A stretch of DNA of 64,000 nt from Octopus vulgaris (Eukaryota). Position numbers and translations under genes: made by a program. The stretch covers positions 49,724,001 through 49,788,000 of the forward strand of contig OX597823.1 of NCBI GenBank assembly GCA_951406725.2. Direction: 5' to 3'. Under the pieces are notes generated by a model. It did no database searches. It saw only the letters and a list, made by a program, of their open reading frames with translations, and had not been told where the DNA came from. Shown here in pieces: positions 12,406 to 25,805 of the stretch. Every line of letters starts with the position of its first letter. The stretch's first letter is position 1.

Positions 12406-13164
12406 TAAAAACCATTTTTATCCTTGGGACAGTTGTATCAGCTTTCCACTTAAAATATTTGTAAAATTTATTATGATTTCCAAATATGCTCCAAATTAAA
12501 ATCTAAATTTCATAATGCTATGGATCAACATCTTGACTAGATTACTCGGGCAATGGAATGTATTTAACTGGATTTTGTGGGGCTTAAACAGTTGATGTTT
12601 CAAATTAACTTTTGGTGACAGCTGATGAATACCCATGCTAATTTTTATTTTTCCTTGAGTTTATATCACCTTTCAGATTATTGCTCAATATCTACAAGTG
12701 CTATTTTCTTTTTCCATTTCCATTTTCTCCTTCACTATAGAAAGCACCAGGAATTGAGAAATTCTTCTGAATTTCCAGAGCTATCCATGGTGAAAGAAAA
12801 GCTCAGTGTTTACCAAAGTGCCAAATTTTCTAAGACATCAAGGAATTATGCTAAGTAGAATAACCTGTTGCAACACAAGAAAATATGGGGAATACCAGAG
12901 AACCAACCAGACAATATGGAAGCCAATATTGTTTGCTTCAAAACTGCTAAATTTCCAGATCTCTCATTGGTTAGGTTTAAGATCCTCTGGAGAACTTTAT
13001 TGAATTGTCCTCTATTCTCAGCAGCTATCAAGGAGATTTCTCATGATTGCTTATTTTGTCTTCCGATGATGCTCTCCATTTGGTATCTATTTACCCACTT
13101 CTTGGTTAATTTTTCCTGGCACTTTCTATATACATAAATATATCCATACATTCATACGTGCACA

Positions 13165-13220
<56 letters not shown>

Positions 13221-13229
13221 TATATTTAC

Positions 13230-13793
<564 letters not shown>

Positions 13794-13796
13794 AAG

Positions 13797-13853
<57 letters not shown>

Positions 13854-13883
13854 TGTGTGTGTATGTATGTATATATATATATA

Positions 13884-14081
13884 TAATCAAGACAACATAG
13901 AGAAGAATTATACATCTTCAAAATTTGTTTATTACAGTATTATTCTCATTAAATTCACATTAGATTACAATCTGGTGCATGTTTCTGCTGACTCTAATGT
14001 GAATTTAATGAGAACGATTCTAGAATAAACAAATTGTGAAGATGCATAATTCTCCATTCTTCATTATGATGTCTTGATTAT
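13884..14081. repeat. Imperfect palindrome with ~80-bp arms (Penelope-like/foldback)
   Basis: TAATCAAGACA..CATCTTCAaAATTTGTTTATT..TTCTCATTAAATTCACATTAGA is mirrored by TCTAATGTGAATTTAATGAGAA..AATAAACAAATTgTGAAGATG..TGTCTTGATTA. Confidence 0.75.
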
Positions 14082-14275
14082 ATACTTTCTGTATGCTGTG
14101 TGGAATCCAGTGAAGTAAACTCAGGATTTATCTATCAAGTGAAGTACAGTGTAATTGTTTATCTTGAACAATTCTATATGTTCCCTATCATTTGATGTGG
14201 TTAGCCAGATCTGGATAATTTCAGAGTGCTGATAAGGTATCTGCTTGGATTTTCCAAATCCCTACTCCTTTACAT

Positions 14276-14334
<59 letters not shown>

Positions 14335-14335
14335 A

Positions 14336-14399
<64 letters not shown>

Positions 14400-14400
<1 letters not shown>

Positions 14401-15052
14401 TGGGTCATCCCGTAATTAATGCAGTTTTTTATACTTCTTTTATTTTTCAAGCTTAAGATAAACATTCAATTTTTAAAATCTAAAATATACTTTCTTTTAT
14501 TTTCTACAATGCTCTTCCAAAATTCACTTGTCCTTGATTAAAAATACTCCTCCGGTGCTCATCTACAGAATTCATATTTTTTCCATCTAAATGATTTTGA
14601 AGACTGCAGAATGAATAGTAATCAGATGGGGCAATGTCCAGCGAATATGGTAGGTGGGGCATTGTTTCCATTCAAACTGCTGCAGCCTTGGGAATGTCCT
14701 CTTCACTGATGTGGCCGAACACTATCCCGATGAAAGAACACCTTTTGTTTTGAAACCAAAGATGGTCGTTTTCCTTCTAGCACTGACTTGAATGACTTGT
14801 TGAATGACCAAATCCAAGCATCGCTGCTAGTTCTTCAACAGTTATGGTAGTGGTTAAGAGTGTGGGCTACTAAGCCCAAGATTTCGAGTTTGTTAAAATT
14901 GACCAGCATTCCTCAAAACTTCCACTAAGAATAAGGACAAGGTAAAATTACTACCTACTTTTATAGCAAGTTGATGCAGGTAATTTATTCCATCCTCTTA
15001 CAACTTTAGTTCATGCAATTAAAAAAGCCGCATTATTTATGGGATGCTCCAA
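14400..15052 (-). mobile_element. Internally deleted mariner (DD34D) element
   Basis: TIRs TGGGTCATCCCGTAATTAATGC / GCATTATTTATGGGATGCTCCA. Minus-strand HLPYSLDIAPSDYY matches the YSPDLAPSD motif. Contains a truncated tRNA-SINE head at ~14843-14890. Confidence 0.8.
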
Positions 15053-15474
15053 TACGTATTTATATATATAGAGAGATTTAAATGATAAGGGTGAAAAATT
15101 GAATATTAATTTGATTAACATCAATTTAAAATCAGTGGCCTAGCATATTGAAAAATCTGAAGATTCAGAAAAATTATATTACATACATATAAGTGGGATG
15201 ACCACTAAGTGGACATACATTATGCTAGAGGTAGACCCCATATGGTCTGACTACTAAGAAAAGATTGTTTTCAAGAAAATTCAGCAAATGATCACGCTCA
15301 AATTGTGCTTTTAACGTTCCATTGGCACAGGTGCCAATCAGGCAGTATTGTCATCGGCCACGACAGCGATTTCACTTGCCTTAACAGGTCTTCGCAAGCA
15401 TGCCTCAACAAGTCTTCACAAGCACCTCAACAGGTCTTTGCATATATCTATATATATATATCTATATATATAGT

Positions 15475-15556
<82 letters not shown>

Positions 15557-15702
15557 CTTTCTGTGTGAATGGTATTTTATATCATTTTTTTTTCATTTTA
15601 TCTAGTTTCAGTTCACGAGCCGTGGCCATGCTGGGGCACCACCATTATATAAGCTTAAAGCTTATATAAAATATCATTATTATTATTTACAGGATATATA
15701 TA

Positions 15703-15752
<50 letters not shown>

Positions 15753-15757
15753 CATAC

Positions 15758-15800
<43 letters not shown>

Positions 15801-15852
15801 CACACACATACACATATATATGTGTGTGTGTATACATATATATATATATATG

Positions 15853-16067
15853 ACAGGGTGTTGGAAAGTTCTTGGTTTTAAGGGTATTACGAAAGACCTA
15901 GCTGGATGCCCAATCTTCAGAGTCCTTTTACAAGGTTTAGAAAAACTGAAGGACTGCTGCAGTAAGTTTGTGAATCTGAGTGGGGAATATGTTGAATAAA
16001 ATTATAGTTAACTGATCCTCCTGTACTTTTTATTACCCAAGGCCAGGAAATTTTTAGTGCCACCTCA
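15853..16067. mobile_element. mariner-derived MITE
   Basis: TIRs GGGTGTTGGAAAGTTCTTGG / CCAGGAAATTTTTAGTGCC. An inverted sister copy lies at 22391-22610. Confidence 0.7.
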
Positions 16068-16478
16068 TATGTATGGTGAGCTTCTTTCAGTTTCTATCTA
16101 CCAAATCTACTCACAAGGCTCTCATCATTCCAATGGTATAGTAGAAGATACCTGCCCAAGGTGCCACTGAGTAAGACTGAACTCAGAACTATGTGTTTGA
16201 GAAGGGAAGTTCTTACCACACAGGTACACTTGCACCTGGGTGTGTATGTATGTATATATATATATGGCTAGAAGTATATTGAGTTCTTCATAACCAGCTG
16301 ATCTAGCAAGCGGGGCTTCATATCAGTGAGGGGGGCCGGTGCGCATTGATGCCGTCAAGAGGTAGGCCCCGAAACGGCGCGCATTCTCTCCTGATGACCC
16401 CATACACTTGCTAGCTTTTGATATACGGAGCTTTTAACTGGTAGCACTTGCATGTGCAAGTTGTTTGCAAGACATATA

Positions 16479-16516
<38 letters not shown>

Positions 16517-16839
16517 GCGTAATAACAGGCTAATCAGATATGATATAATAATAATTCAAAGTAAATAACTTTGAAAAGGGCTTTTGTGGTTTCCCAGGGA
16601 ATATTACCCTCGGGGGCACTAGTGTTGGTATATTTGTAAGTAAGTCACTAAGCGAAATAAGTGGATCTATTGTTTAGGAAAATACTATTTACTTGTTTAA
16701 GGGTTGTACTGGATAAATTACGAAAATAATTCTAACAGTTCAAATACTTAGAAATACGCATACTCAATTTGATTTATACCAAATGATATAGGAAGATGAA
16801 TGGGTTATTTCCCTTGGCTGTTAAACTAAAATATATTAG

Positions 16840-17006
16840 TTATACATAAGAATTCCTTCCAGGAGCCTTATTATCGATTTTTTCAACAATCTGAGTATAC
16901 CATGAGGTTTCCAGACATGAGTTCTACTCACATGTCTAGTTTCATCAAAATTGATAAAACGATGTGCAAACAAGCACACCCGCAGACAGAATTTCCCACA
17001 TATGTA

Positions 17007-17010
<4 letters not shown>
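16840..17010 (-). mobile_element. Helitron-like 5' fragment
   Basis: AAATTCTGTCTGcgggTGTG...ATCAATTTTGATGAAACT resembles the 5' ends at 30453 and 62940. Confidence 0.4.
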
Positions 17011-17046
<36 letters not shown>

Positions 17047-17232
17047 GCCGCATAAATAGTATCCATTACATTCTTGGAGTGGTTGGCATTAGGAAGGGCA
17101 TCGAGCCATAGGAACCATGCCAAATCAGACTGGAACTTGATGCAGCTCTCCAGCTTACCAATTCCAACAAAACTGTATAGTCCATGCCAGCATGAACAGC
17201 AGATGCTAAAGGATGACGATGATGATGATGAT

Positions 17233-17293
<61 letters not shown>

Positions 17294-17837
17294 TACATAT
17301 ATATACATATATATACATACATACATACATACATACATACATACATGTGTGTGTGTGTGTTTATTATCAGTTAGTTGTCCATAAGTCAGAAAAAAACATG
17401 TAAGTATGTCATGGAGTGTTGTGAATGTAAGGTATGGTAGTGTTTAATATAGTGCTGCATTAGTGCAATATTTCACATAGTGTATTGTTTCATACAGGAT
17501 AGTGTTTTGTGTGGGTTTACACATAGGTAGTGTAGTATTTCATGAAATCTAAAGCTTCATGCTGGTTAGTGTTTTTGTTGTGTAGTGTTTCATATGTGTG
17601 AAATCAAGTGGCGTAATTGTTTGGTTATGGTTTCAGTTCCCAGGCTGGAGTGGTGCATTGTGTTTTCTAGCAAAATACTTCATTTTATGATACCATATTC
17701 GACTCAGCTGAAAACCAGAACCAGCAATAGCTGAGGGTTGATTCTATGACAGGCTGGAGTCCTGTGCAAGGGAAGGTCTGTATTTGCTCCATAGTCATTT
17801 ATATGCCATAGAAACTTGAATAAACTTCATGATACAC

Positions 17838-18440
17838 TTAACCATTTAACATTCAGATTATTCTGTTATTCAGGTGTAGGAGTGGCTGTGTGGTAAGTAG
17901 CTTGCTAACCAACCACATGGTCCCGGGTTCAGTCCCACTGTGTGGCATCTTGGGCAAGTGTCTTCTGCTATAGCCTCGGGCCGATCAATGCATTATGAGT
18001 GGATTTGGTAGACGGAAACTGAAAGAAGCCTATCGTATATATGTATATATATATATATATGTATGTGTGTGTTTGTGTGTCTGCTGTGTTTGTCCCCCTA
18101 GCATTGCTTGACAACCGATGCTGGTGTGTTTACGTCCCCGTCACTTAGCGGATCGGCAAAAGAGACCGATAGAATAAATACTGGGCTTACAAAAGAATAA
18201 GTCCCGGGGTCGATTTGCTCGACTAAAGGCGGTGCTCCAGCATAGCCGCAGTCAAAATGACTGAAACAAGTAAAAGAGTAAAGAGAGTATGCAATGATTA
18301 TATATTCACATTGTTTTGAATTAATCATGAAATATCTTGCAGCTTCAAGAGTTTGATGATATTGTATGTCATTCTTTGAAAGACATTGCAGAGTAGGTGT
18401 GAGGAGCCAGATATGGCCGGTTAAAATGCTGAAGGGTTAA
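17838..18440. mobile_element. piggyBac-type MITE (TTAA target) containing a nested CORE SINE at 17871-18285
   Basis: TTAACCATTTAACATTCAG ... AATGCTGAAGGGTTAA. Same family as 44154 and 46852. Confidence 0.75.
17871..18285 (+). mobile_element. Full-length CORE-type tRNA SINE with internal microsatellite
   Basis: A-box and B-box, CORE motif, (TA)n(TG)n middle, GTAAAAGAG tail. Confidence 0.85.
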
Positions 18441-18538
18441 GGGCTTATTAAGTGTAAAGGACCATGTGATATAATATTCAATGCAGATGCTTTTAAAGAG
18501 TCTACTGTTTCATGTAGGTTAAAAGTTCATGTAATATA

Positions 18539-19146
18539 TGATGTCTGATCAAAAAAGTAATGGGACTGTTGCTATGGTAACAGAGCTAAAATGCACAGAG
18601 TGAAGCTACTTGGGACAAATTGACCTCAAACTCTGTCATGCATGCACACTTAAATTATCATGATTTTGCTCACTTCCATTGTTTATAGCATTTTTTAAAA
18701 GCAAAACGTGTAGAATGTGAAGTGTGGCCATCTCAAAAAAGAAGATCAGGTTTCAGCTGCATATGATCTCCTTGACTATGTCAAGGAAGACTGAAGCCAT
18801 TTTCAAAGTTGTCATAACAGGGAATGAATCATGTGTCCATGGCTACGACCCTGAAACCATGGCTCAGTCTTTGCAATAGAAGGTCTCAACAAGATTTCAA
18901 GACGTCAACGAAATTCAAGAGAATGTGACAAGGCAGCTGTGTTCACTATCCTCCCCTCACCCCACCCCACCCTCACACCAAAAAAGAAAGGAGTTCCACA
19001 AAAACTTCCATTAAATAGATATGATGCTGGATAAAATGTATGGCTTTAGAAAGGGACTAATTCGAAGGAGATTAAATGCCAAATTAATACGCATTATAGT
19101 TTTCTTTTTATAGCACCAGTCCTAATAATTTCTTAGCAGATCTCCT
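18539..19146 (+). mobile_element. Deleted mariner element
   Basis: TIRs related to the 23511 element. Peptide VITGNESCVHGYDPETMAQSLQ* matches the TGDE/YDPE region of DD34D. Confidence 0.75.
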
Positions 19147-19679
19147 AGTGTTATTTGTAGGGTGGTATCTCATTTGCTACATACCACAGTTTGGGCTAGG
19201 TTAGTCTGTGCCAGGTTAGTCTGGCAGCAAACCTATGATCATAGGACTTCCATCTATGACCTTCTCTTTTACTTCCTATAAATCAATAATTATACTCTCC
19301 AATGTGTTTTTTCTGTTTTTTGGTTTGTCTGCTTCATTTTTTTTTTCTAAGGTGAAATTATAGGATCTGAATGAGAATTGGTTGCTATTTCTAGCATCTT
19401 CAATGGCTGTGTAGAGACGCCATTATTTTCGGTTCGTTAGTGTTTGGTTGAACATTTTAGAAGTCAAATAGCTACTCTTGTAAATATAACAATCCAGCTT
19501 TTGTGTAAACACAGGAAAACAATGAGTGTAAAATGTCATGTTTTATATTTATATAGATGCTTTTTTTCATATTTATTTCCTCTTGTTTTCCTTTTTCTTT
19601 TCCTTCTTGAATACAATATCACATTGCTGAGTGATCTCTTGTTGTTGTTGTTGTTGTTACATGTGTTATAACAATTATG

Positions 19680-19950
19680 TAATTATATCATCATTATCAT
19701 CAACATCATCCTCATCGTCATTATCATCATCATCAACACTCCCATCACCATTGCCATCTCTGACATCGTTATCATCATCCTCATCACTACCACCACCACC
19801 ACCACCACCACCACCAAAACCACCACCACCAAAACCACCACCACCACCACCACCACCACCACACCACCACCACCACCACAACCACCACCATCACCACCAC
19901 CATCACCACCACCACCACTACTACAGCAACTGCCACTGCCACCACCATGT
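19680..19950. repeat. (CAT)n/(CAC)n compound trinucleotide microsatellite
   Basis: Directly visible. Confidence 0.9.
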
Positions 19951-20119
19951 AGCACAGATAAGCTCTGTGAAATGTAGCTGTTGCACTGGTGAGTTACAGA
20001 GATCTTGAGTGGTCAGTCAGTTGAGTGACATTCATATCAGAGGTCGTACAGGTGAAATGCTATGCAAACAGCTGTTGTACCTGTGGTGTATGCAGGAGAT
20101 TTGAAATAAGAACACCTAC

Positions 20120-20350
20120 CTTCTCTTCGGCAACGCAGACCTCCCCAGTGGTAATCCACCCTTCCACGTGGCCCGACCCAAATGCTAGAAATAGCAGCTG
20201 CTTTTCCCCTACCTTGTCAAAGCGCTCACACATCCAGCTCTGTCGGCTGCCCCGATCGATAAAGGCCCAATGCTCCCCTGCCTGCGCATGCGCGTCACTC
20301 CTTCCCCTTCCTCTTCCGGTCAGCCCCAAGTTCCTGTCAGCTCCCCAGCT
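20120..20350. promoter_or_regulatory. GC/CpG-rich promoter-like island
   Basis: E-box CACGTG at 20165, DRE-like ATCGATA at 20255, CCAAT at 20267, NRF1-type TGCGCATGCGC at 20283, CRE half-site CGTCA, ETS CTTCCGG at 20313. Minus-strand donor AAG|GTAGGT at 20119. Confidence 0.6.
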
Positions 20351-20759
20351 GCAGACATCATCCCACAGTAACATTAACATTGATAATAAAACTAGCAGGA
20401 ATAAGAAAACAGTGACACTACATCGTTTGTAATTCTTGGAGCACGGATGATTCTTCCAAGCTTACTGGATGTTTTTGAGAATAATTCCTCTAGTGTCTCA
20501 TTCTTTTCTGATATCATAGTTACTTTGAACAAAATCTTAAAATGCTATCACAGAGCAGCATAACCATTTCAGAAAGTGAGGGCAGGAGAAGGGTGAGAGG
20601 GAAAGAGGGAGTCTCTACACTTGAGATGAAGAGCCTTTATTTTTGTACCAGGAACTAAAATTGCAAGTGCTTAAAAATTTGTGGAATGCATTTGAGCTGA
20701 GAAAAATAATTCTTACTTTTACATATTCAGAGATTCTTTTATTCTTATATTCTTATATT

Positions 20760-21039
20760 CTTTTCTTTTACTTGTTTCAGTCATTTCACTGCGGGCATGC
20801 TGGAGCACCACCTTAAAAAGTTTTTTAGTCAAAGAAGTTGACCCCCAGGACTTATTCTTTGTAAGCCTAATACTTATTTTATCAGTCTCTTTTGCAGAAC
20901 TGCTAAGTTACAGGGATGCAAGCACTCCAACATTGGTTGTCAAGCGATGAGTGGGGAAATAAACACAGACACAAAGACACACGCATAAATACATACATTC
21001 ATACATACATACGTACATACACACACTCACACACACACA

Positions 21040-21117
<78 letters not shown>

Positions 21118-21282
21118 ATGGGCTTCTTTCAGTTTCTGTCTACCAAATCCACTCACAAGGCTTTGGGCAGCCTGAGACTATAGCAGAAGACACTTGCCTA
21201 GAGTGCCATGCAGTGGGACTGAACCCAGAACCACGCACTTAGAAAGCAAACTTCTTAAAACACAGTCACACCAGTGCCTATA
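20760..21282 (-). mobile_element. CORE-type SINE with internal (CA)n
   Basis: Homology to 17871-18285. Confidence 0.8.
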
Positions 21283-22390
21283 AAGAAGTTTTTCCATCAC
21301 CATCATCATGATCTTATGCCTGCTTCTATGCTGGTAATCATTGGATAGGTCATTACAATCTGAGTCAGAGCTTATTTGGAGTTAGTTCCCTTTTAAATGG
21401 GTTAAACAGCTGTCTCATGCTGTTCATTTTCAGCTTGGTTTCTATGGTTGGATGTCTATCTTTTCACCAACCACTCTATATAAGGCACTGGAGGCATTTT
21501 ATCATTGCACCAGCACTAGAGATGTTGTCTTGTCCTCTATGAAACTAAAGGAGTCTTCTAAATCCCACACTAGCTCAGCTCATTTTCCAACTACTTTATG
21601 GAATGTAGTGAGCACATTTCATCATTGCATAAGCAGTGGAGAAACAGTCATATCCTTGACAAGGCTAAAGGCTAATCTTGACTCTATATCATCTCTGGTT
21701 AGTTGCTAACCATTTTACAGAGGGTACTGGGTGCTTTTTATTCCAGAACCAACATGTTTTATATGCTGTCTTTGTAGCAATGACTAACACTTTTGTTACC
21801 ACAATTCTGTTCAAACATACTCTCTTTGCTTCATTTAGTTTTGAAAATAATTTAGAAATTTGTAAAATAACTTTGTCATTATTAAGCTGGTATTTGGAAC
21901 AAAGATTTAAATTCAGATCACTTTTAAACAGGAAGTTTGTACCATAGAACATGTGGTGGTGTCAAATGATTTGGTTTTTGGCTGACAAGACACAATGATG
22001 TTGAAACACCAGCAGTTACAGAGTCTCTTGCACTATGCTATCACTTGTATTATGAACACATATTTGATGTAAAGGAGAAATTGCTCTCCTGTGACAAAAT
22101 ATGTAACAGCAGTTAGTATATTTACATTCAAATCTTCTGGGATGTATTAAGAATAAATAAGCAAGTCAATGTTTTGATTCTCACAGTTCACAGTATGTAT
22201 GATGATTTATTAATAGTAGGCAGATATCAGTGTGAATAAACAAATATTTTTTTCTGCTAAGATTATACAAACAACAGCATCCAACTCTTATTGACTTCAC
22301 TAGTCTGGGATGTCGCTAGCTAATGAGACAAAACAATGTTGAAACATCAACTGTCCCAGAGTCCCTTGCCCTAATGTGTGTTATGAACAT

Positions 22391-22610
22391 ACGAAGGAGT
22401 GCTGAAAAGTTTCTGGGTTTGGATAAAAGAAAATACAGGAGCATCAGTTAACTATGATTATACTCAACATATTCTCCTCTCTGATTTACATACTTATTGC
22501 AGTGGCCCTTCAGCTTTTTTAAGCCCTGTAAAAAGAACTCTGAAGGTTGGGCCTTCGACCAGACCTTTCGCAATACCCTTAAAGCCTGGAACTTTTCAGC
22601 ACCCCCTTGT
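22391..22610. mobile_element. mariner-derived MITE
   Basis: TIRs GaGTGCTGAAAAGTTtCTGG / CTGGAACTTTTCAGCACCC with TA flanks. Confidence 0.75.
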
Positions 22611-22749
22611 ACATTCATCGAAAACAAGTTGTTTTCCTATAGCCAAACACAACAGCAATTTGTACATTAGCATTCAAATTTGCCACAACATATTAAGAAG
22701 AAATATGCAAATCGTAGTTTTGCTGTGCACCATGCATATGGTGATTTAA

Positions 22750-23195
22750 AACGTGGCTGAGTGATAAGGAGCTTGCTTTGCAACAACATGGCTCTGGGTT
22801 CAGTCCCACAATATGGCACCTTGAACAAGTGTCTTCTGCTTCCATTATAGTCTCAGACCAATCAAAGCCTTATGGGTGAATTTGGTTGACAGAAACTGAA
22901 AGAAGTCTGTCATATATGTGTGTGTGTGTGTGTGTGTGTGCGTGTGTGTGTCTGTGTATTTGCATGTATCTTTGTGTCTCTGATTGTCCCCCACCACCAC
23001 TTGACAACCAGTCTTAGTGCATTTACATCCCTGTAACTTAGCAGTTCAGCCAACGAAACTGACAGAATAAGTACCAGGCTTAAAAAAAGATAATTACTGG
23101 GGTTTATTCATTCAGTTAAAAATTCTTCAATGTGGTACCCCAGCATGGCCACAGTCTAAGGACTGAAATAAGTAAAAGATGAAAGATAAAAGATA
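22750..23195 (+). mobile_element. CORE-type SINE with internal (TG)n
   Basis: Homology to 17871-18285. Confidence 0.8.
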
Positions 23196-23211
23196 CGTAC
23201 ATACATACATT

Positions 23212-23370
23212 CCCATCAAAGTATCTGTCAAGTATAAACATAATGGGCCAGATATTGTTGCTTGGGACAGATAAGAAAATGTACATATCATCACAGTGGT
23301 CAGCTGTCCTGCTGATGTGAATATCGCTTTGAAAATCAAAGTAAAAGAGGGTAACTATGGACAACTGTTT
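23212..23370 (+). mobile_element. Restriction-like endonuclease fragment of an R4/Dong- or NeSL-type non-LTR element
   Basis: Peptide KHNGPDIVAWDR*ENVHIITVVSCPADVNIALKIKVKEGNYGQL resembles the HNRPD..E.SCP..N..K..KY REL motif. Confidence 0.65.
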
Positions 23371-23392
23371 TGAAACCTCCAGCTTCTAAATA

Positions 23393-23473
<81 letters not shown>

Positions 23474-23510
23474 TTTGTGTATATGTATGTATATATATAT
23501 ATGTATATAT

Positions 23511-24376
23511 TTGAGGTCTGATCAATAAGTATCAGGACCATTGCCATAGTAATGAAGCTATGGCACACAGAGAGAAGCTGCTTGCTACAGATTGAACTTA
23601 AAATCTACTGTGCATGCACATTAAGTTTTAACGTTCTAGCTCACTTCTGCTGTTTACAGCAGTGCTTGGAAGGAAGGTGTGTAGCATGTGATCATCACAT
23701 TGACTATGAGAGAGAAAGTTGTCATGGCAATACCTGCTCAAAGACCTACACAAAGTTGCAGAAAGTGTATGGAGAGGAGTGTATGAGCTACACACTTTTC
23801 TATGAGTGGTTCAGACGTTTCCAAGATGGCAGAAAAAATGTCGATATTGACGAAGGTTCTGGGTGACCTGCCACCATCAGAACTGAGAAAGACATCGCAG
23901 ATATGCTAGCAGCTCTGAGAGGAAATCATCGAATCACCATCTGTAAATTATCATCAGATGTGCAGATTCGTTACAGTTCAGTTCAGTCCATTATCACTGA
24001 GGATTTTGGTATGAGACACGTGTCTGCCAAATTTGTGCCCAAACTGCTTTCAGCTGACTAAAAAGACACTCAGGTTTCAGTTGCACAAGATCTCTTTGGG
24101 TCGAGAATGAGGAAAACTTTTTGGAAACTTTGTGTAGGCCACTGAGCAGGTATCACCAGGCTTTTAGCAAAATTTTATGCAGATTCTCTGCTTAACTTTC
24201 TCTGCCATGGTTAATACGATGGTCACACACTACACACCTTCCTTCCAAGTACTGCTGTAAACAGCAGAAGTGAGCTAAAACGTTAAAACTTAGTTCAAGG
24301 TATCAAGGGGCTTTACTCTGCATGCTTTAACTTCATTACAATAGCAACAGTATGGAAACTTATTGATTAGACCACA
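23511..24376 (+). mobile_element. Non-autonomous mariner with long subterminal inverted repeats and N-terminal transposase remnant
   Basis: TIRs GGTCTGATCAATAAGT / ACTTATTGATTAGACC. Peptides LQKVYGEECMS..YEWFRRFQDGR and VSAKFVPKLLS (WVPHEL-like). Confidence 0.85.
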
Positions 24377-24557
24377 TACATACATACATACTTTAAGTTC
24401 ATTTACGGGAAACGTTTTTGAGTACTCACACAAAAGCTTCTATGTTATTATATTGACTACAGCCTAGTTTTTCAACTTGCAACAGCTGTTTTAAGGGTTT
24501 GTACCAAGCTGTACCAATATAATGTAGAATAAATATAACAACAACAACAACAACAAC

Positions 24558-24605
<48 letters not shown>

Positions 24606-25089
24606 TCAAGGATGGAATTTATAGATATTTTAATAGCCTGATCAGTGGCTAGCAAGAACTTTGAACTAACAACATCAAAACAAAATTTGCTCCCTTGCAC
24701 TACAACATCTGAGTTCATTAAAGAAGCACCTGATGTGCACACATAAATATCAAAACAAGTCAATTTTAACCATATACTCCTCCCTCTCCTCTATTATTAC
24801 CATTCCTTTCTCTCTTTCCGTCACCTTCTCCTTTTCGCTATCAACAGAGAACAACTACACAATCTAGATACTTAGTACTATCATAAAAGTTCTCCTCGGC
24901 CTACCCTTATTGTCTATATTGCCTGAAGAAATGAACACACAAGCAAAGATCCACCCAATGTCCATGGATATCACAAATTGTATTGTAACCATCCCAGGAA
25001 TGTGGATTATGGTCCCCCAAAAACCTGCTTTGTGGAAACATGCATAACAATACATTAAAATATTTAAAAATTCCATCCTTGGATTATTA

Positions 25090-25138
<49 letters not shown>

Positions 25139-25774
25139 TGTATCATCATCATTATCATCATCATCACCATCATCATCATCATCTAATGTCTGATGTCCAT
25201 GCTGGCATGGGCCGGACGTTAGACTGGGCTGGCACACTGGAAGGCTGTGCCAGGCTCCAGTATGATTTAGCATGGTTTTCTACAGCTAGATGCTCTTCCT
25301 AATGTCAACCACTGTGAGAGTGTAATGGGTGCTTTTACATGTCATTTGCATGACACCAGTATCTGCCATGACTGCGATTTTGCTTGGCTTGATGGGTCTT
25401 CTGCTCAAGCACCACATAATGCCAAATATTCATAAAGCTATTGCTTTATAAGTTTGTTCAGAGTTGCCTCTCTTAGGCACATCCCATTGACAAAAGTCAT
25501 AAAACTCAAAACATTGATGTCCTTGGATTCCTGATAGATTGTGACACTGAACAAACTATTTTCACACCTTTTAACCATAAGAGGGATATTTTCTCTATGG
25601 TAATGGTAACTGCAGTGAATGTGCTTTTTAGCAATTGAAATATGTCATAAACATATTTTAATTAACCTAAATTCTGCTTATGCCTAAACACTGCTTGGTG
25701 CTAACATTTCGTTTATATATATATATATGTGTATATGTACATATATATATATTCATATGTATGCTTGCATACAC

Positions 25775-25805
<31 letters not shown>

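Noticed and set aside
20025-20432. 135-aa and 106-aa overlapping ORFs
   Set aside because: No recognisable domain. The open frames are explained by local GC richness of a promoter-like island.
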